Of a stretch of 64,000 bases of DNA, positions 1 to 15,427 are shown one piece after another. The notes beneath the pieces were generated by a model. It was not told the origin of the DNA. It worked only from the letters and a program-made list of their open reading frames with translations, and did no database searches. The translations under genes were made by a program, and so were the position numbers. Within the stretch, counting starts at the first letter, position 1, and each line of letters starts with the position of its first letter. Source of the DNA: Lingula anatina (lineage: Eukaryota > Animalia > Brachiopoda); the NCBI GenBank assembly GCA_051362555.1, contig CM120644.1, positions 9,990,954 through 10,054,953 of the forward strand, read 5' to 3'.

Positions 1-1086
1 TTAATCCTGAGACAATTTATAATATAAGTGATGATCAAGTCCACTAATGGAATTCCTCATGAATATCAGACTACACAGCACACCAATCCCGGACATAGTG
101 CTATATATATAGTAGATATGCACAATACACATGCTATATTTTTCCTATGCCAGGAGCTGTATTCCAGAAAGGACCTCGCTGCTGTAACTCAGATATCAAA
201 ATCCTCAGTGAATCAACTGTACATACGCCGTCTGATGACTAGCCTACGTCCTGGACCAGTCCAAAGCTCGGACTTATCAGAAGTCTGCTTCACTTTCCGT
301 ATATGTGCAAAATCCCTAATGAAATTCCTCACGACTTCGCCACATGCAAACCTGCACAAGTGATGGCCACAGTTCACAAAGACACCCAGGACCTGCACTG
401 ACGGAAATGACATATGGCCAGATGCAGTCCTTATTGAAATCAAACTGGTGGCCGCACAGCAATACTACAAACTGTTCTAAAACAAATGTGAACACTAAAC
501 AGCTGTTGGATGGACATGTACTATGCTTCCACTGACCTGACTGCAATCACAACAATGAAACCTTCACAGATTCAGTCTATCCCGGCCCAGTGTGAACAAG
601 GCCACTGAGTGACGACACCTGTGTCTTAGCCCCAAGACATACAATATGGCTGTGGCAGCTCTTTGGTAAGACTTATACCAGAGCTGAACATTATGATAAT
701 TGCAGGCCAGATGCTCTCTCTGGTAAGTATTACTTTGATAATCAATATCAGCAATCACCTTGCTTGGTTTGTTGATAAAACAATCACAGAGACTTATCGC
801 ATGCTTAGCTAATGGAGGCACTGCCACCTTTAAGTGCCATTACTGCCCAGAATATATATATCTACGAAGAGGACCAGGGTTAATAAGAATTGTTATGCTG
901 AAGATCACTTGTAAGTCCATGGTCTAAATAATAATATGTATGAACCAAGTTTTCTAATACTTGTTTCACTTGAGTTGACATTTAGTTGTATAATTAGATT
1001 TAGAGCCAAATATTGAATCACAGTAATGACCAGCCAGTGCTATCAATTGTAATGTCTTTTTTAATGTTTGCAACATTTTCTTCAAA

Positions 1087-1132
<46 letters not shown>

Positions 1133-2807
1133 TACACACCCACAAACATAACATACATTTCTACATAAAACTGAGGCATAATGGGTAGTGCAAGGGTCAT
1201 GAACAGAACTCCCTCTTGAAACTAAGTGCAATTCAAAGCTGAAAGCTGCTTTCATAAGCTCAACATCAATAGAAAATTACATGTCCTCCTCTAGTACCAT
1301 TGGAATTTTTGAACTGGATTATGAACATTCATAATTTAAGGTTGGTATGATAAGATCTTTATTCATTTGTATAGGGAAAAACTGCAAGCACTTCTAAATA
1401 ATAAGTTACAATTCAAAAAAACCCTGAGTTCTTCCCTGCCATTTAAAATAGTCATCTACTAGTATACACACTAAAGCAAAAACTTTTCAAACAAGTTAAG
1501 ACTGAAGCAGGCAAACTTCATGTAACATCTAGGTATCAGCTTCTACAGATTTCTTAGAATAATTCCTTTCTGGCATTTGAGATCATTACTAGTAATAATA
1601 ATTATTTTAATCATGTATACAGGTCTTTTTTAAAGAATCAACTTTATTAATTCATGATCACTGGGCTAAAACGACAATCACATATGAAACTAAAATTTAG
1701 AGAATCAATAAAAAAATAAAAGAACATGATAACAAAATAAATGAAAATAAAAAAAAACTGACAAAATTGTATAACATTCTACTCCTATGATAAGTACATT
1801 TTTGATTTTAAAAATAATAAATAATAATTTATGAAAAAATATGACATTCATCCACTGTTTACATAGTGCACAGATCACAAAGTATCAATTCACAGAGAGG
1901 AATGATTTCAAAAGATGAAGGTATTAGCTACTGAGGGGGACCAACTCAATAAAACAAGAGCACAAGCACTGCTAGGGAAGAAAATACCTGAAATGCTTCT
2001 TTTTCCTTCTCCACGTGTTTGCCCCCCTATTAATTGAGGAGAAAAGAATTAAGAAATTCAGAGCAACCATGTGCGGCTGCCTCAAAGGTGTATACGGGTG
2101 TATGTGTACTGATCTGCATGATGAATTATAAATCTGTCTGTCTGTCCTTTAGAATGTTTGGAGAGAGAGAGAGAGTTTCAAATCTTGGACTGTCCTACTG
2201 ATCCAGTAAATCACTGTATACCTACAATTTCAAGCTATCAGGTCACGAGGAAAACAAAATGTGTTAGAGATGACAGCTGCAATTGTGTTCAGTAGTACAC
2301 CCTGTTATGTCTGTATGCATGTCAAAATACCACTTGTTATCTCTTTCTTTAAATATTCACACTATATTGATACAAATAGATACACAGATAGACAGATAGA
2401 CAAACAGACAGATGGACACTCATGAATTTATGGAAAAGATTCAAAACCCAGTCTCAAAATGGTTTGGTGTGTATGAATAGGGCCATTTCATAGTCTACAA
2501 AATAGAATCATTCAAATAACCAAGAAAAGCATGTAAATCATCAGCAACATTTAGACTCAAAACATAATGAAATATCATTAATACTCACACTTAATAAAAC
2601 ATTAACTAATCTGCATATCAATTTAAATCTGGAAATTGTGTAGGCCTTTATTTTGCATTTTTATAATGACCATACTGGTATAGAACTTATAAAAGATTAC
2701 TAAAAATGTGTAATACTTTCTTCAGTGCTAGTAAAGACAAAAGGTGCAGTTTTATCTATTATATAACATTATGTAATACAAGCTCTTATATAGCAGTGTC
2801 TCCTTAC

Positions 2808-5800
2808 CATTTTCCATTCCTATAACCACGACTCCAGTAGAAGAGGTCTGGTCGGGTTGGTTACCTGAAAAGACAAATCAGTGCACTACTAAGAAAGCAT
2901 TCCAAGTGATCAGACACCTCTGTCACAGAAAAAGGCAATAAAAATGATTATGTCAGTTATAAGTTTATTAGTACTAGTAATACTTTTTGAGATACCACTG
3001 GATATATATTCAAACAGACCAGCCAACCCCATACTGAAAATGTATTACCCACTTCCTTAGTGGAGGTAATAAAGCCATTAGCATTTATGTCATTCAGATG
3101 GTTTTTCATGACTAGATTTCTTTTTAAAATGTCAACATCCATTAAAACAGCTGAACACATGCAGTGGCACTTGATAATTGAGTTTGAACATGCTTAAATA
3201 ACTATCAGTCTGCTTAATTGCCATCACATTGGAGACTAAAGGCGGGGGAAAAAAAGTGCCCCTTCTTATTTGTAGGCCTAACCTTCTTTCATGCAAACAA
3301 GCTATCAGTCACTCTTAGTGAAATACAGGAAAGAGATGCACTTACATGCTCAAATATCCACAAACATTCTCCAATATCCACTGACATTATAATTGTACAA
3401 GCATCGGTAGATTAGCACGTGCACCCATCTTGCACAGAAACACACCTGAAGGCACATGTATGTCATCTACAATGCCACTATCCAGCAACAATATCTCTTT
3501 CTCACACACACATACACACAAACACATGTACTAGTACATACCTTCCACATCATCACTCTGTTGTCTTACTCTATATGTTCCATCCATTATTTTAGGAGTT
3601 TCCTTTGTATAAGATTCCACACTCCTTTGATATTGTAGTGGCAGTCACTGTGCCGTATACAATCTAGTATGAGACTGCTCTTTTATTTCTACAGCAGCTG
3701 TGCTACATGTAGTCTTCTTTATCTCTCTTCTCTTCTCACTTTACACTGTATACAGATATACTAACAGGCTAGTCCACGTGCTGAATTCCAATATTCTGAA
3801 TACCACTGGGTTTGCATTCAGCAGTGTAATCTTCTCTTCTATAGATTCTTCTTGTGAATATTTCAATATTATTGAAATGATTTGTCTCACAAGTATAATC
3901 CAAAATACTAGTACATGTACTAGTGGAGGAGTTAAAGCAAATAAAACATTAACAAAATGAAATGGTCAATGTCGCTTTCAGTTATAAAGATGAGCTCAAA
4001 TGAAATCCGATCTCTTCCAGTCACTTGGCACATGGGGCGACTTCATTCAATAGCAGAGTCAGTATGGATGTGTGACCCTATTTAGGCAACAATACAAAAT
4101 ACAAAACTCCCTGGGTTATCCACCTACTAGTTAGTATAAAATGGTCTCCTTCTTTATATACATGTGGTTTGCCAATCCCCACATAGAAATCTTCTGTACA
4201 AAATGGATATATCCACGTAGTAGTACTTAGTAGTAAGCTGACTTCATTTTATAAATGGCCATGCCGTTAATCTACATGTATATGATGTCATCACCATTGC
4301 TGACTTCATCTCGAACTTTTATCTAGGATTCTTTTTTTTTCCTGCTGACTCAACATGGCAGCTAATTTCATTATCCCCTGGATGCTACATTCAAGTGACA
4401 GTGTTTAATACTGTAACAGTAATTCACAGAATAGGGATAAATGTCCCGTCTGACTGAAATATGTTTATTTGGACCAGTGGGTGAATTATTGACACAAAAA
4501 TATCACGATTTTATAATTTCTTTATGTCAGCATTAGAAATGATATGTGCTGACCACTAGTTTTGTAAGCTATGTTAACAGTTGTGCTGTCTGTCACACTA
4601 AAAGGAACTAACCAGGAAACTGCTTGTGAAGGTTTTGTAGTGCTTAATTATAAATTGTATTGTACACATATACTACCCTCACTACTAGTTCCTCTAAGGT
4701 CTTTTAAAGTATTAAATTATTTCAAGCAAAACAGTTGATATTAATTAATTTTTAAATATGGATTATGGGTAATTCTGTTCAAAAGGATATATATCTTTAT
4801 TTAATGTAGAAAAGGCAAACATTCAGAATTTTTTCTTGACCAAAAAAAAAAAGGGGGGGGGGGATATACATTTACATATTCAGCATTTGGCTAAATTTTA
4901 CTATGCAAAGTTTTTTCTCTTCCACACTATGATATATACATATTTAGCATTATTGAACATTAGGTTAAATTTTAACAATGTAAAGCCTTTTCTCTCCCAA
5001 ATAAGGATACATATATATGCGGTAGTACATATTCAGTATTTTGCAAAATCTGGCTATGCCAAGCCCTTTTTTTTGCCCAAATTAGGATGTTACCAGTATT
5101 TAGCAAATAAATGACTGTGCACTGCTACCCTAGTCTTGCTAATAACAGAAACCTCCCCCATAACATTCATGTCCAATCACCAGACCCATCTGTCTCACCA
5201 GATATTGTAAATAACAGAGCTTAACATGTGCCATCTCTAGGGCTACCATCATTAAACAACACAGACCAATATTTACACACCTCATATTCAAATAATGGAA
5301 AATCAAATTTCCTTTTAACTGCCTTCATTTTGATATTATTATTTGAAGTGTCATTGAAATAACACATTTCAAAGCTTGAGCCAAAATCAATTATTTATTC
5401 GCTCACTGAGTGATTTTATCTTAAATTATTCAAATTTTTTGAAAACTAAAATTATAGTCATGTGTATGACAAATGTTTTAGGAAAGTCAAAATAAAGGAT
5501 GTATTTGGACAGAAAAAAATTGAAACTAAGTTGCAAGCCAGAAGTGCGAATTCAAGTTTCAGCTGTTGGGCAGGAAAGGAAAGCTTTAGTTGAGTACTAA
5601 AATAAAGAAAGAAACATCTTTGGTAATGGGTTTTAAAGGCACCCGGCTTCAACTGAATGACTTAAATGCTTAATCCACGATCACAGGTTTTTTTTTCTCT
5701 CATGTAATGAGCAAACTTTACACCAGGTGGACTGAATTTATTTATAAACCTGATCTCATGCAGTTTAGACTAAATAATGGGCTTAAGCACCCTTCTGTCC

Positions 5801-6239
5801 TTGTAAACAGGACATTTGGTGACGAAATATCTTTATGGTTCTCCTCACTGAGAAAAAAAATTACATTTTGTCAGCTGAGGATATTAGCTATATGAAGCTA
5901 GTATCCAATATGGCTTTTGTTATAACCTAGTATAAAGAAATATGAATATATACATATCCCCCGTATAAAATAACTATATGTATTATATGGGAATATTTTT
6001 TTTTTCACTGTGCTTTACAATAAAATTTAACCTATTATTGGCTGTCAGAGCTGGTTAATCAGAGCATGAATTTGAAAGGCTGTATTGATGTCTACATCCT
6101 GGGTCATACCATTGAACATACTCTTACAGGTATGCATGAACTATTACGGATCAATGAACACATTTGTATCATGACCCGCATTCTCTGCATTCTTTGATGT
6201 GCTGACCCCCCCTCTCTCTCTCTTTCTCCCTATCTTTCT

Positions 6240-6294
<55 letters not shown>

Positions 6295-9200
6295 TAACAC
6301 ATAAACACATCAGTGACGGCTTTAGTGCCCAAAACACATCCAAAACTATCTTTTAAAAATACTAGTACAAATATGCATCATTATTATATATATCTACCAC
6401 TTGTCCACTGATGTCCTTATCACAATGTCTTATCAGGCCGCGAAGGCTATTTATAGCCTTCAGGCCACACACTAACTTATGAATTACTCTTATCAACTAG
6501 TGGTCATAGCAACAAACTTACTTCACGTTATTTAATCAGATGCTAAGAAATATACCATCCTCAAGTCATTAATAGTTTACATAATTTTGTACCTCCCAAA
6601 ACCTTAATAGTGACCCCAAGATTAAAACTGGCCCCTTTGCCATTGTTTTATACACTAATCAATCTATACATCATAAAGCACACAGTGAGGGTAATTTTAT
6701 CTCAACACATGCTGTGTCTCTCTGCGGTGATGTCACAGTTATATACCAGTATACATATACTACAAATATGTTCAGTTCACTGTGACATTGCCTTATTAGG
6801 AAGTTATCAGATCAATGGAGATTACCTGCAGTGTTTACACTGCTAAATACTTAGGCTTTACTTGTTCTCATAGGCATCTACCATGCTGGCTGGTACTGTT
6901 TCAACTTAAACTGGAGGTTTATTTTGATATGATAGTCTCAGCAATCAACATCCATTACTGATTTTTTATTAATCAACATCCATTACTGGATGTTGATTAA
7001 TAAAAAAATTCTTAATAAATGAGTTTATACTTGAGATTATATACTGGAGGGCTGTTCATACCTTTTTACAGACGTAAGATTCAGATTTTGGCCTATTCCA
7101 TAATATACTTTTAGCCAACCTGGATCGCACAATATATGGAGTTTTCCCTAGTGTAAATGCTCCTTGTTCCATTATCACTGTTTACACTTTGTGAGGTGTG
7201 CTGCAGTTTCAAATATACACTTTTCTTTAGTCTAATTGAACAGATGGCAGGGGAATCTATCAAGGTTTTCTTTTTCTCACAGAATAAGATCCTACAGACT
7301 GACCAAAAAATGTCCATCTCAGACATGACACATGATAATAATATCCATAATGATATATTATATATCAAAATGCAAACATCTGATACTTAAGTTAAACGTA
7401 TATCTATTTATAATATCAACAGTTAAGGATAAAGAAAAAAGAAAAGAAAACTAACAGCCAAAACTGCACAGAATAGTTGTTATGTTGCCAGGCCTGAAAA
7501 CCCTGTTTAATAAAAGCTAAGAATAATGCTTTCCCAATTTCTCATTATTAATAAAAGCGAAAAAAAAAATGTTTTCCCAATTTTTCAATTTTTTTTTAAA
7601 TCTCTTGTGCCAGGTATCATTAATAATACTGTAAAACATTTACATGCAGGTATACTTCTGTATTGTTTCTTCTTCCCTGATACATTTAACAACTGATAAT
7701 AGATATTGAGTTGTAAATAATTTAAGTATGGCATATAGGAAGCATATACCAATCTATATTCTGATATATAAAAACAACTCCTCAAACAACGGTGACCTTT
7801 AAATCAACTGTATTGCACCTAATGCAGCAATATTGCTTTTCACTTATCGTGACAGACAAGAGCTAGGTGACAGCAATACGTACAGCCAGGTGTGTCTCCA
7901 TTAATATATACAATGATACGGATATGGTTATGATATGGTTTAAGAGTGCTGCACTTTCTTAACACCTTCCTGATCTCCAGAAATATTAAGAATTTTTTCT
8001 TTCAAACTTGGTATAAACTTTAAAAACAACACGTTTCATTTTTCAAAATAGGTACAGGTATACCTTTGTAGTAATTTTTCCCCTTTCCTGAACCATGAAA
8101 CACAGACAAGAGCTTTCGGGTTAATGAATAAATTAACTTAAAGTCTGGTGTAAGGTATTTACAAAATGAAATTACTTAATGGTCGATAAAATATAAAGCC
8201 AATGAAATCCCTCACACAAAGTGACCCAGCAATTCACCTGCACAAGAGCATTTTCAATAGCTTTTGAGTGGAATGAAATGAAAACAAAACCTTTTGAAAA
8301 CTGGTGACTTCTGTTTATTGGCCTGCAAGTGTTATCAATTTACAATGTTGTCAATCAATCTAAGGAAAGTGGACAATGCCGTATCCATGGACCAATGTTC
8401 CATTTAACAATAACCTAGAGGAATTTTAACAATAGTAATATAGTCAGCCAGTATTGACTCTGTCATGGCTGGCCCACAACAGTAAATGTCCATTCAAGTG
8501 ACCTTCTGAAATGGGGGACACAACAGAAAATGTCCATTCAAGTGACCTCCTGAAATTGGTAACTTTATGAGAACAACATATAAATGAGAGAGGACTGTTT
8601 ATATTATATGTTTTTAAAATTAAAGTCTTGAACATATAAATGTATTTTTTTATCAGGCATTTCTGGCTGAATTATATTTGTTTCCTGTTTATCTGTGAAA
8701 ACCATTAACATGTAATTACAAAAATATTTCAGATCTTTTAAATGTACAATGTACAATGAAAGGACCTTCTGAAATGGGGGACACAACAGAAAATGTCCAT
8801 TCAAGTGACCTCCTGAAATTGGTAACTTTATGAGAACAACATATAAATGAGAGAGGACTGTTTATATTATATGTTTTTAAAATTAAAGTCTTGAACATAT
8901 AAATGTATTTTTTTATCAGGCATTTCTGGCTGAATTATATTTGTTTCCTGTTTATCTGTGAAAACCATTAACATGTAATTACAAAAATATTTCAGATCTT
9001 TTAAATGTACAATGTACAATGAAAGGATCTTAAGTATTTTTGTAATTATGTGTTTATGATTTTAAAATTACTGATGATTACAGCTTGATGGTGCAATCCC
9101 CCTAAAGTCGTTGCATCTACATTTATTCACCACAAATTATCTTGTGTGCACAAAACCATTCAACAGGTACTATATTTTTAGAACACATTTCTGGTGATGG

Positions 9201-10138
9201 TGCAATCATTGTCACCTTCAAAGCAAGGACACTGAAAGAAATGTTGTATATAATGATGCCAGCTTATATGAAGCATCAGACTTAATTAATGATGACAAAA
9301 TGGGGAAGGGGAGGGGGGTAATATGGGAAATCACTATGCACTTTTAACTTCATAAACACACTATGTTATTTTCACATTATAGGAGTCATGCAGCGATTGA
9401 TAGGAAATCTCCATATAAGGGCATTTTGCATCAGGTCACCATGACCTTTCACTTTTAACCTACCGTAGTAGGCTTGCACTAGAATAACAATAGCAACATG
9501 CCCATTTATAGTCTTACTCTTGTATAATATCACTTGTATCACATGCATAGCAATTCTCCATAAATGCATCATTTAAAAAAATCAATATACAGTAACCTGT
9601 TGGGGCCAGAACTGTCGATTTATTGGTGAAAAATACTCAAACATTTTTGTATCTTATTTCTTTCTTCTTTTAACAGTAACTTAGTCAATATGTTAAAAAT
9701 CTGCACCAGTGTCGATGTATAGATAATGTGCATTTTTCAGAGTATCTTGTGAAAAAGGGGGTCAAAATGTTATTGTATTTACCAGCTGAGAAGAGATTTT
9801 ATCTGATAACAGTATTGATTTATTTCTTCAACGACTTGTATGTCTGCATAAACAAACAGTCTGTCAATTATCTACTATGATTCATGACTCACATTTGTAA
9901 AATGTATACCATATTTTGAAAATATTGGCAGGCTAAATGTTTGTGATCCCCCCCCCCCCCCCGTAACTCTACCCCTTTCTTCCCCCTTCTTCAATATCAA
10001 TCTCTTGCCAGTAATATCCCCAGCTAACAAATCTCCTGAACATGTCATGCACTTCTTGATTAGAAGTAATCAGTTTCTTCAGTAAAACAGTTAGAAGCTG
10101 CATTTATAGCCTATTCTGTTAACAGGTTAGTAACTTAG

Positions 10139-10232
<94 letters not shown>

Positions 10233-13200
10233 CTGACTGTAACACAAAAAAATTCTTAGTCAACTGCTGGGCAACAGCAGGTATAAATCTGGCTAAAAAA
10301 TATTTAAAGAACAAACTGTTTTCATACAGTTTGCTAAATGTTATGTAATGATTTTGTTAAAATAATCTTACACTGTCTAAGCCTAGCAGTATACAACAAA
10401 GTTCACTTCAACTTTAGCCATGCCTTATCAGTTACAGATAGCCCAATTCTTTTCTTTCTCACAGATAAAGTATGGCATTTATTACATCAGCTGTCAATGA
10501 TATTTCCCTGTAAGGTGTTTTTTTCTGGACATTTTATATATATATATATACAAAATATTAGAATTACTATGTTCAATTTCTGCAGTTAGGACAACCTTAT
10601 ACAAAGCTTTTGGCAAACCAGCATTTTTCTACATTAAAATGAACTTATGCTGCATCTTAATAACTTTTAGAATATATCTCATATTTATCTCTCATGTCAG
10701 AGCCACTGATGATAAGAGCTGATAAGAATCCTGATGTTCTAATACATTCAGGTACGTTTACATCAACTTTTGCCTATCTCATGTAAGGTCTTTCCGCATT
10801 CCTGCATGTCCAACAGTACTAAAGTGGTAAACTACATTTCTTAATATTAAGATTTTTGTACAACAGGTACTAGAAAGGAACAAAACTGACCAAATAACAC
10901 ACTCCCCCATGAAAAATAACCAAAGGTTTCTACATGTATGTTAAGTAATGCAATACATTTATTTCAATCAACATCGGTTGTCCTAATGATCCTACTACTT
11001 TAAAGTTTTTTTTTCCTCAATTTCCAACGCTTTAAGGCAGTCCTTGTATTTATGAAACCTAAAATCACCAAGCTAAAACCACACAATTAGCTGAGGTTAC
11101 CAATTTACCAACCACAGTCTAAAAATTACCCATATCACTTCACTTACTAGTGGGTTAGGGGAAGGACTCCATACTGTGCATAACAAAAACTCCCCAACAA
11201 CATAAAGTACAATGTACTAGTACATACTAATAACTGTAAAAGGATCAAAATCCCTCTGACCAAATTGCTAAAATCATTATCATTATCATCAAATCATTTC
11301 TTTTCAGTAAATTAAAAAATTTACTACATGTAGCTGCATAACTACTGGTACGGCCAACTAAAGATTCGCTTATGTGTGAATTTGTCCAAAGACAGGTGCC
11401 CCTCTGTTACATGTACTTCAGAGAATTATAAGGTCAGAGCACCCTTGACAGTGACAAGGTGAAACTGGACCAAGATTAAAAGAGCCATACAAAAAGAATT
11501 GCAGATTTCCACATTTTCACAATGTTCACACTTGCTTTTTGGTGGTTTGTTTACATTATTAAGCAAATCTCAGAGGCATTGTTAAAATTCTGTTTTGATG
11601 AAGCTAATGAAGTAATTACCCCACCTAAAATGAGCATTAATTTCTCAGTGAACGTGCAGGAAAGGCATGTTTATGTGCACTAGGCTTATAAAAAAACAAA
11701 GAAATATGTGGAATTACAAATTAACATGGCCAAAAGGCACTTATGAGTTTGGAAAGAGAAGGGCAGGTATACAGATGCATGTACCATGTACAGTAAGACT
11801 TAGGGAATCAGTTCCAAGTATTTTTCAAGCCAAGTGCTGTATGATGGTAATTTAAAGACCAAGGTGAAAAACTGACTCGATCCAATCAGTGGGGATGTGC
11901 TGTCACCCACATCAACACTACATTGCACTCTCTGCACTTCACATTAACCCAGAATGTCACACCTGACTGCCACTATATAGAACAATGTCACCTGGAAAAG
12001 ACTAGTGTGAAACTGTGACTTTTAAGATTGATTTCTACAAAGATGAGTCAGCAAAAACTGGTGCCAAAAGGTTGAATTTTTTGCCTTCTCAATGGCAACT
12101 TGACTTTTAAGCTAATAATATATTCAGTATCTCCAGAGTGTATAAAATGCTAAGAAGCTTAGACACACATCCTTTTACTTCTGACCTAATGGAATGTTTA
12201 GTTTTTTATTTGAATGTCAAGGTGACTTCTGAAAAAATAGTGCATGTGTACTTTACCATCGCTTCCTTATTTAAAGCATATATATATTCTCTTTTTTTCC
12301 ACAGGGGTAAATATTTCAAGAGTACAGTAAATACACATTTAAATGGTGTTATTATAATGAAAAGAATTTATTAAAATTAAATAAACATGACTTAAATATT
12401 TTATGAGAATGTAGGTAAAAATGAGCATTGTTTTTTTCCAGTGTTTTTATTGCACAATGACCGGTGTTAAGTATTTGTAAATAGATACCATTCAGTGACC
12501 TCTTGACCACTGGTCACACTACCAACTTAGTTGCTAAGTAAACACATGTATGAGGGCAGTATATAGGACCCCTCTCTGCTCCTTTCAGCTAAAACTAAGG
12601 TATAAAGACAGGTGTATAAAAACGCACTATTGTGTATACCATTCAATCAGCCAAATACAGGCTCAGTTAAAACTTGGATTTTAATTTTTAAATTGCAGAC
12701 AAACAACACAATGTGGGGAAAAAAATACAAACTGCTGGAGAGCTAACTGTTTCTCCTCCCTCTCTTCAACACCCCTTTCTCTCCTTTATAAATTAACTAC
12801 TGCAATACAGAAGCTGTATCCAAGCAGCCAATAACATTCAAAAATCAATGACTAGAACAGAGTTAGCAATTTGGTTATTGAATAAATCCCCTAAAATCAT
12901 ATTACTGATTGAAAAACAGTAAATCATGTTAGTCAATTATCTGTGGGCAGTAACTATGTACCCTTGTCTGTGTTTGGCTTTAAAACAAACACATTGGGTC
13001 ACAGATACCATACTTCAGCTATTTCACAATCACAAGTACTGATATTTTAACGAAGTTACTCTGTTGGACTACCCTATAACTCCAGAAATATATTACACAC
13101 ATGGGTGTGACCCCCCCCCCCCCTTTGGAATTTTGGAACTGCATTTTTATTGAGGATACCAAGCCAATCATTATCTCCCCCTTCAACGACTTTGACCCCC

Positions 13201-14844
13201 ACCTGGAAAATTTTCTTCAGACGCCCATGATTACACATACTGTATATGTATTCAAAGGATTAATGACAGAAATACATGTACAAAAATGCAATGATCTTAA
13301 CGACAGCAAACATTTTTGTTAGTAAAACTGCTCAATAAGCAGATGAGGAGTTTCTCATGAAGTAATCATAGCAGCAAGCTACAGATTACATCTTTGTAGA
13401 TAAATAAATTAACTGATTATATATATTTTTTTTTAAATCAAAGGAATAACCGCCACTTTTCTTTTCTTCCAAAAATTTTACTCTAAGTGAGTCGAGTAAC
13501 CTAAAGGTTGAAAAGCAATCTAAATGGTTGAAAATACTACATTTTGAGTTTTTCATCAATGAACTTGGTATTATAAAGTGACTCATCTATTAGTTACAAA
13601 TAATTAACCAATATATAATAAGTAAACATTACTCGTCACTAGATTTACATTTTTTTTCTCCCTTGTCAATTTTTTTCTTCTTGTTAAAGTTATAATTATT
13701 ACTATAATATTTTAAACTGATAACAATTGGCAAAATATTCCAGTTTTCCTATAATTTACATGGAACACCTCTAGTGAAATGTAATTTATTTTCTAAATAG
13801 AAAAAGAAATGCTTGATAAATTGTTACACTGATTTCTGATTTCTGTACTCAAGATATTCTGCAGGCAGACAGTTTCTCACAAATTTGTTATATTGCTCTG
13901 ACCTTTAAATTCTACTTCCAAATATAAACAAAATTCCTAGAGGGCTGAAATACCTGGCTAGCCAACTTACCTGCTATTCACGTTAAGATAGAAGATGTAT
14001 TAAGCAGCTTTTCAAAAATATATTACAAAAGATGGTGCTATTATCTTCAGTGACAAAAAGAAGAAACTTGAAGCCTGGTCAGACACTGTAATGAACAGGG
14101 ATGAGAAAACGGACACTTTACCTTCCAATGCTTACCAATATGTCCAAATTTCTTTCTAATAACAAAATTTCAAACTTTCTTTGGGGGTGGGCTCTTTGCC
14201 ACAAATCTTTACTTTTTTTTCCTTTTTTCTTATTTTTTAAGTTATAAGCTATTCTGCCGATTTCAACAGTGAAATAACAAAGGAAATGCTGGCATCTGTT
14301 CAGCACACCACTGGTTCTTTTCACTGGTTCTTTCTTGGCTGATGCTCTTCAACAGATTCAGCAGTGACACTGTGCACTGCCACAAAAGGGTTGTTAATCC
14401 AAAACTTTGTTAAGCCATGCATAATATACACCTGCTCTGGCTTTTTTTTTTTTTTTTAGAAGACAGATTTTTTTATCATGAATAACTACAGCTAAGTGCT
14501 TATAGTCTCACATATGGATTTAGAGCAGTTACACAGTTTACACAGAGCTGTAATACATAGAATTTAATTTCTCTTGTGTGAGCCTGTACACATATAAAAC
14601 ACAAGATAACAACATTGCCTCACACATACATAAAATATCCACAAACACAAATATTCTGTTCCTTGATCCCTTTTAAACCACACATATTAAAACAATTCTC
14701 ATTACACCAATACAATTCAAAATAATAAACAAAGAATTTTTAGACTTAAAAATCATAGATATGAGCAGTTATATATTCCCAAACACTCATCAGGCACTTA
14801 CTTCCTTCTTTATCAGCAGGAGTATAGCTAACCAAGTCTGCCAT
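2808..14844 (-). CDS. 5' coding exons of an unidentified gene that continues beyond the left edge of the window
   Basis: Exon 14844-14802 starts in a strong Kozak context (acaccATGG), reads MADLVSYTPADKEG+A and ends in a GTAAGT donor (phase 1). Exon 2864-2808 (tttcag|...|gtaagg, 57 nt, phase 1/1) continues the frame as SNQPDQTSSTGVVVIGMENG. Product not recognised; further exons inside the ~12 kb intron cannot be excluded. Confidence 0.55.
8500..9027. repeat. Apparently perfect 263 bp tandem duplication
   Basis: gaccttctgaaatgggggacac...aatgaaagga at 8500 and 8763; the ORF track shows the same peptide twice, 263 nt apart. Confidence 0.9.
10145..10227. repeat. Compound microsatellite (TG)n(TA)n
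   Basis: Direct reading. Other simple repeats lie at ~1090 (CT), 6256 (CA), 27505, 30763, 38769 and 58809 (TA), 38461 (TG), 45217 (GA), and 59113 (TATC). Confidence 0.95.
13100..13229. mobile_element. hAT-type MITE
   Basis: TIR catgggtgt / acgcccatg with perfect 8 bp TSD ATTACACA (13092-13099, 13230-13237). Confidence 0.8.
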
Positions 14845-15267
14845 GGTGTAGTAGATATCCTAAGGCAGACACCGAGTAGTCTTGTCTTAACAGCTGACTG
14901 AAGAGATGCCAAAGAGAAGGCAAGTTCCAAGTCCCCTTCCTTTAATGTTATGTTCTTTTTACTAAAACAAACAAACAAAAAAAAACTGTATGTCAAGACG
15001 TAAAATCAGGCTACTATCCACTTTACCTTTTTAAAACCCCTTATTAAAGAGTTCATTTCTGATAGATAATTAAATAAAACAAAATAAATTAATCAATAAT
15101 ATATAAAATATAAAAAGCTCAAACCTGTACCTGTAGCAAAAGGCAGTTAGAATATTTATGAAATACAACTGGTAATATATGAATGACTTTGAAATATTTC
15201 TCACTCTTTTAACTTAATTACTAGTAATATAACTGCACAATCAAAAGAACTGCTGACAATAATATTT

Positions 15268-15427
15268 CAGGGGCAGATTGAGGTCGGGATTCTGGAAGAG
15301 GGTCAGATTTTTAATGTTACATTGATGGGTATCTAATTTTTTCTGTCGGAAGACTGTCAAAAATTGATGATGGATCAACAAAGATAATTTGGAAGACTGT
15401 CTGAAAATAGCTCTGGATCCGCCCCTG
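15268..15427 (-). mobile_element. hAT-type MITE, same family as 62255-62423 (opposite orientation)
   Basis: caggggcagat...ggatccgcccctg; interior is the reverse complement of the 62255 copy. Confidence 0.75.

Noticed and set aside
28-827. Cluster of overlapping 60-111 aa ORFs at the window start
   Set aside because: No recognisable motifs and no consistent splice signals; compatible with chance ORFs in intronic DNA.
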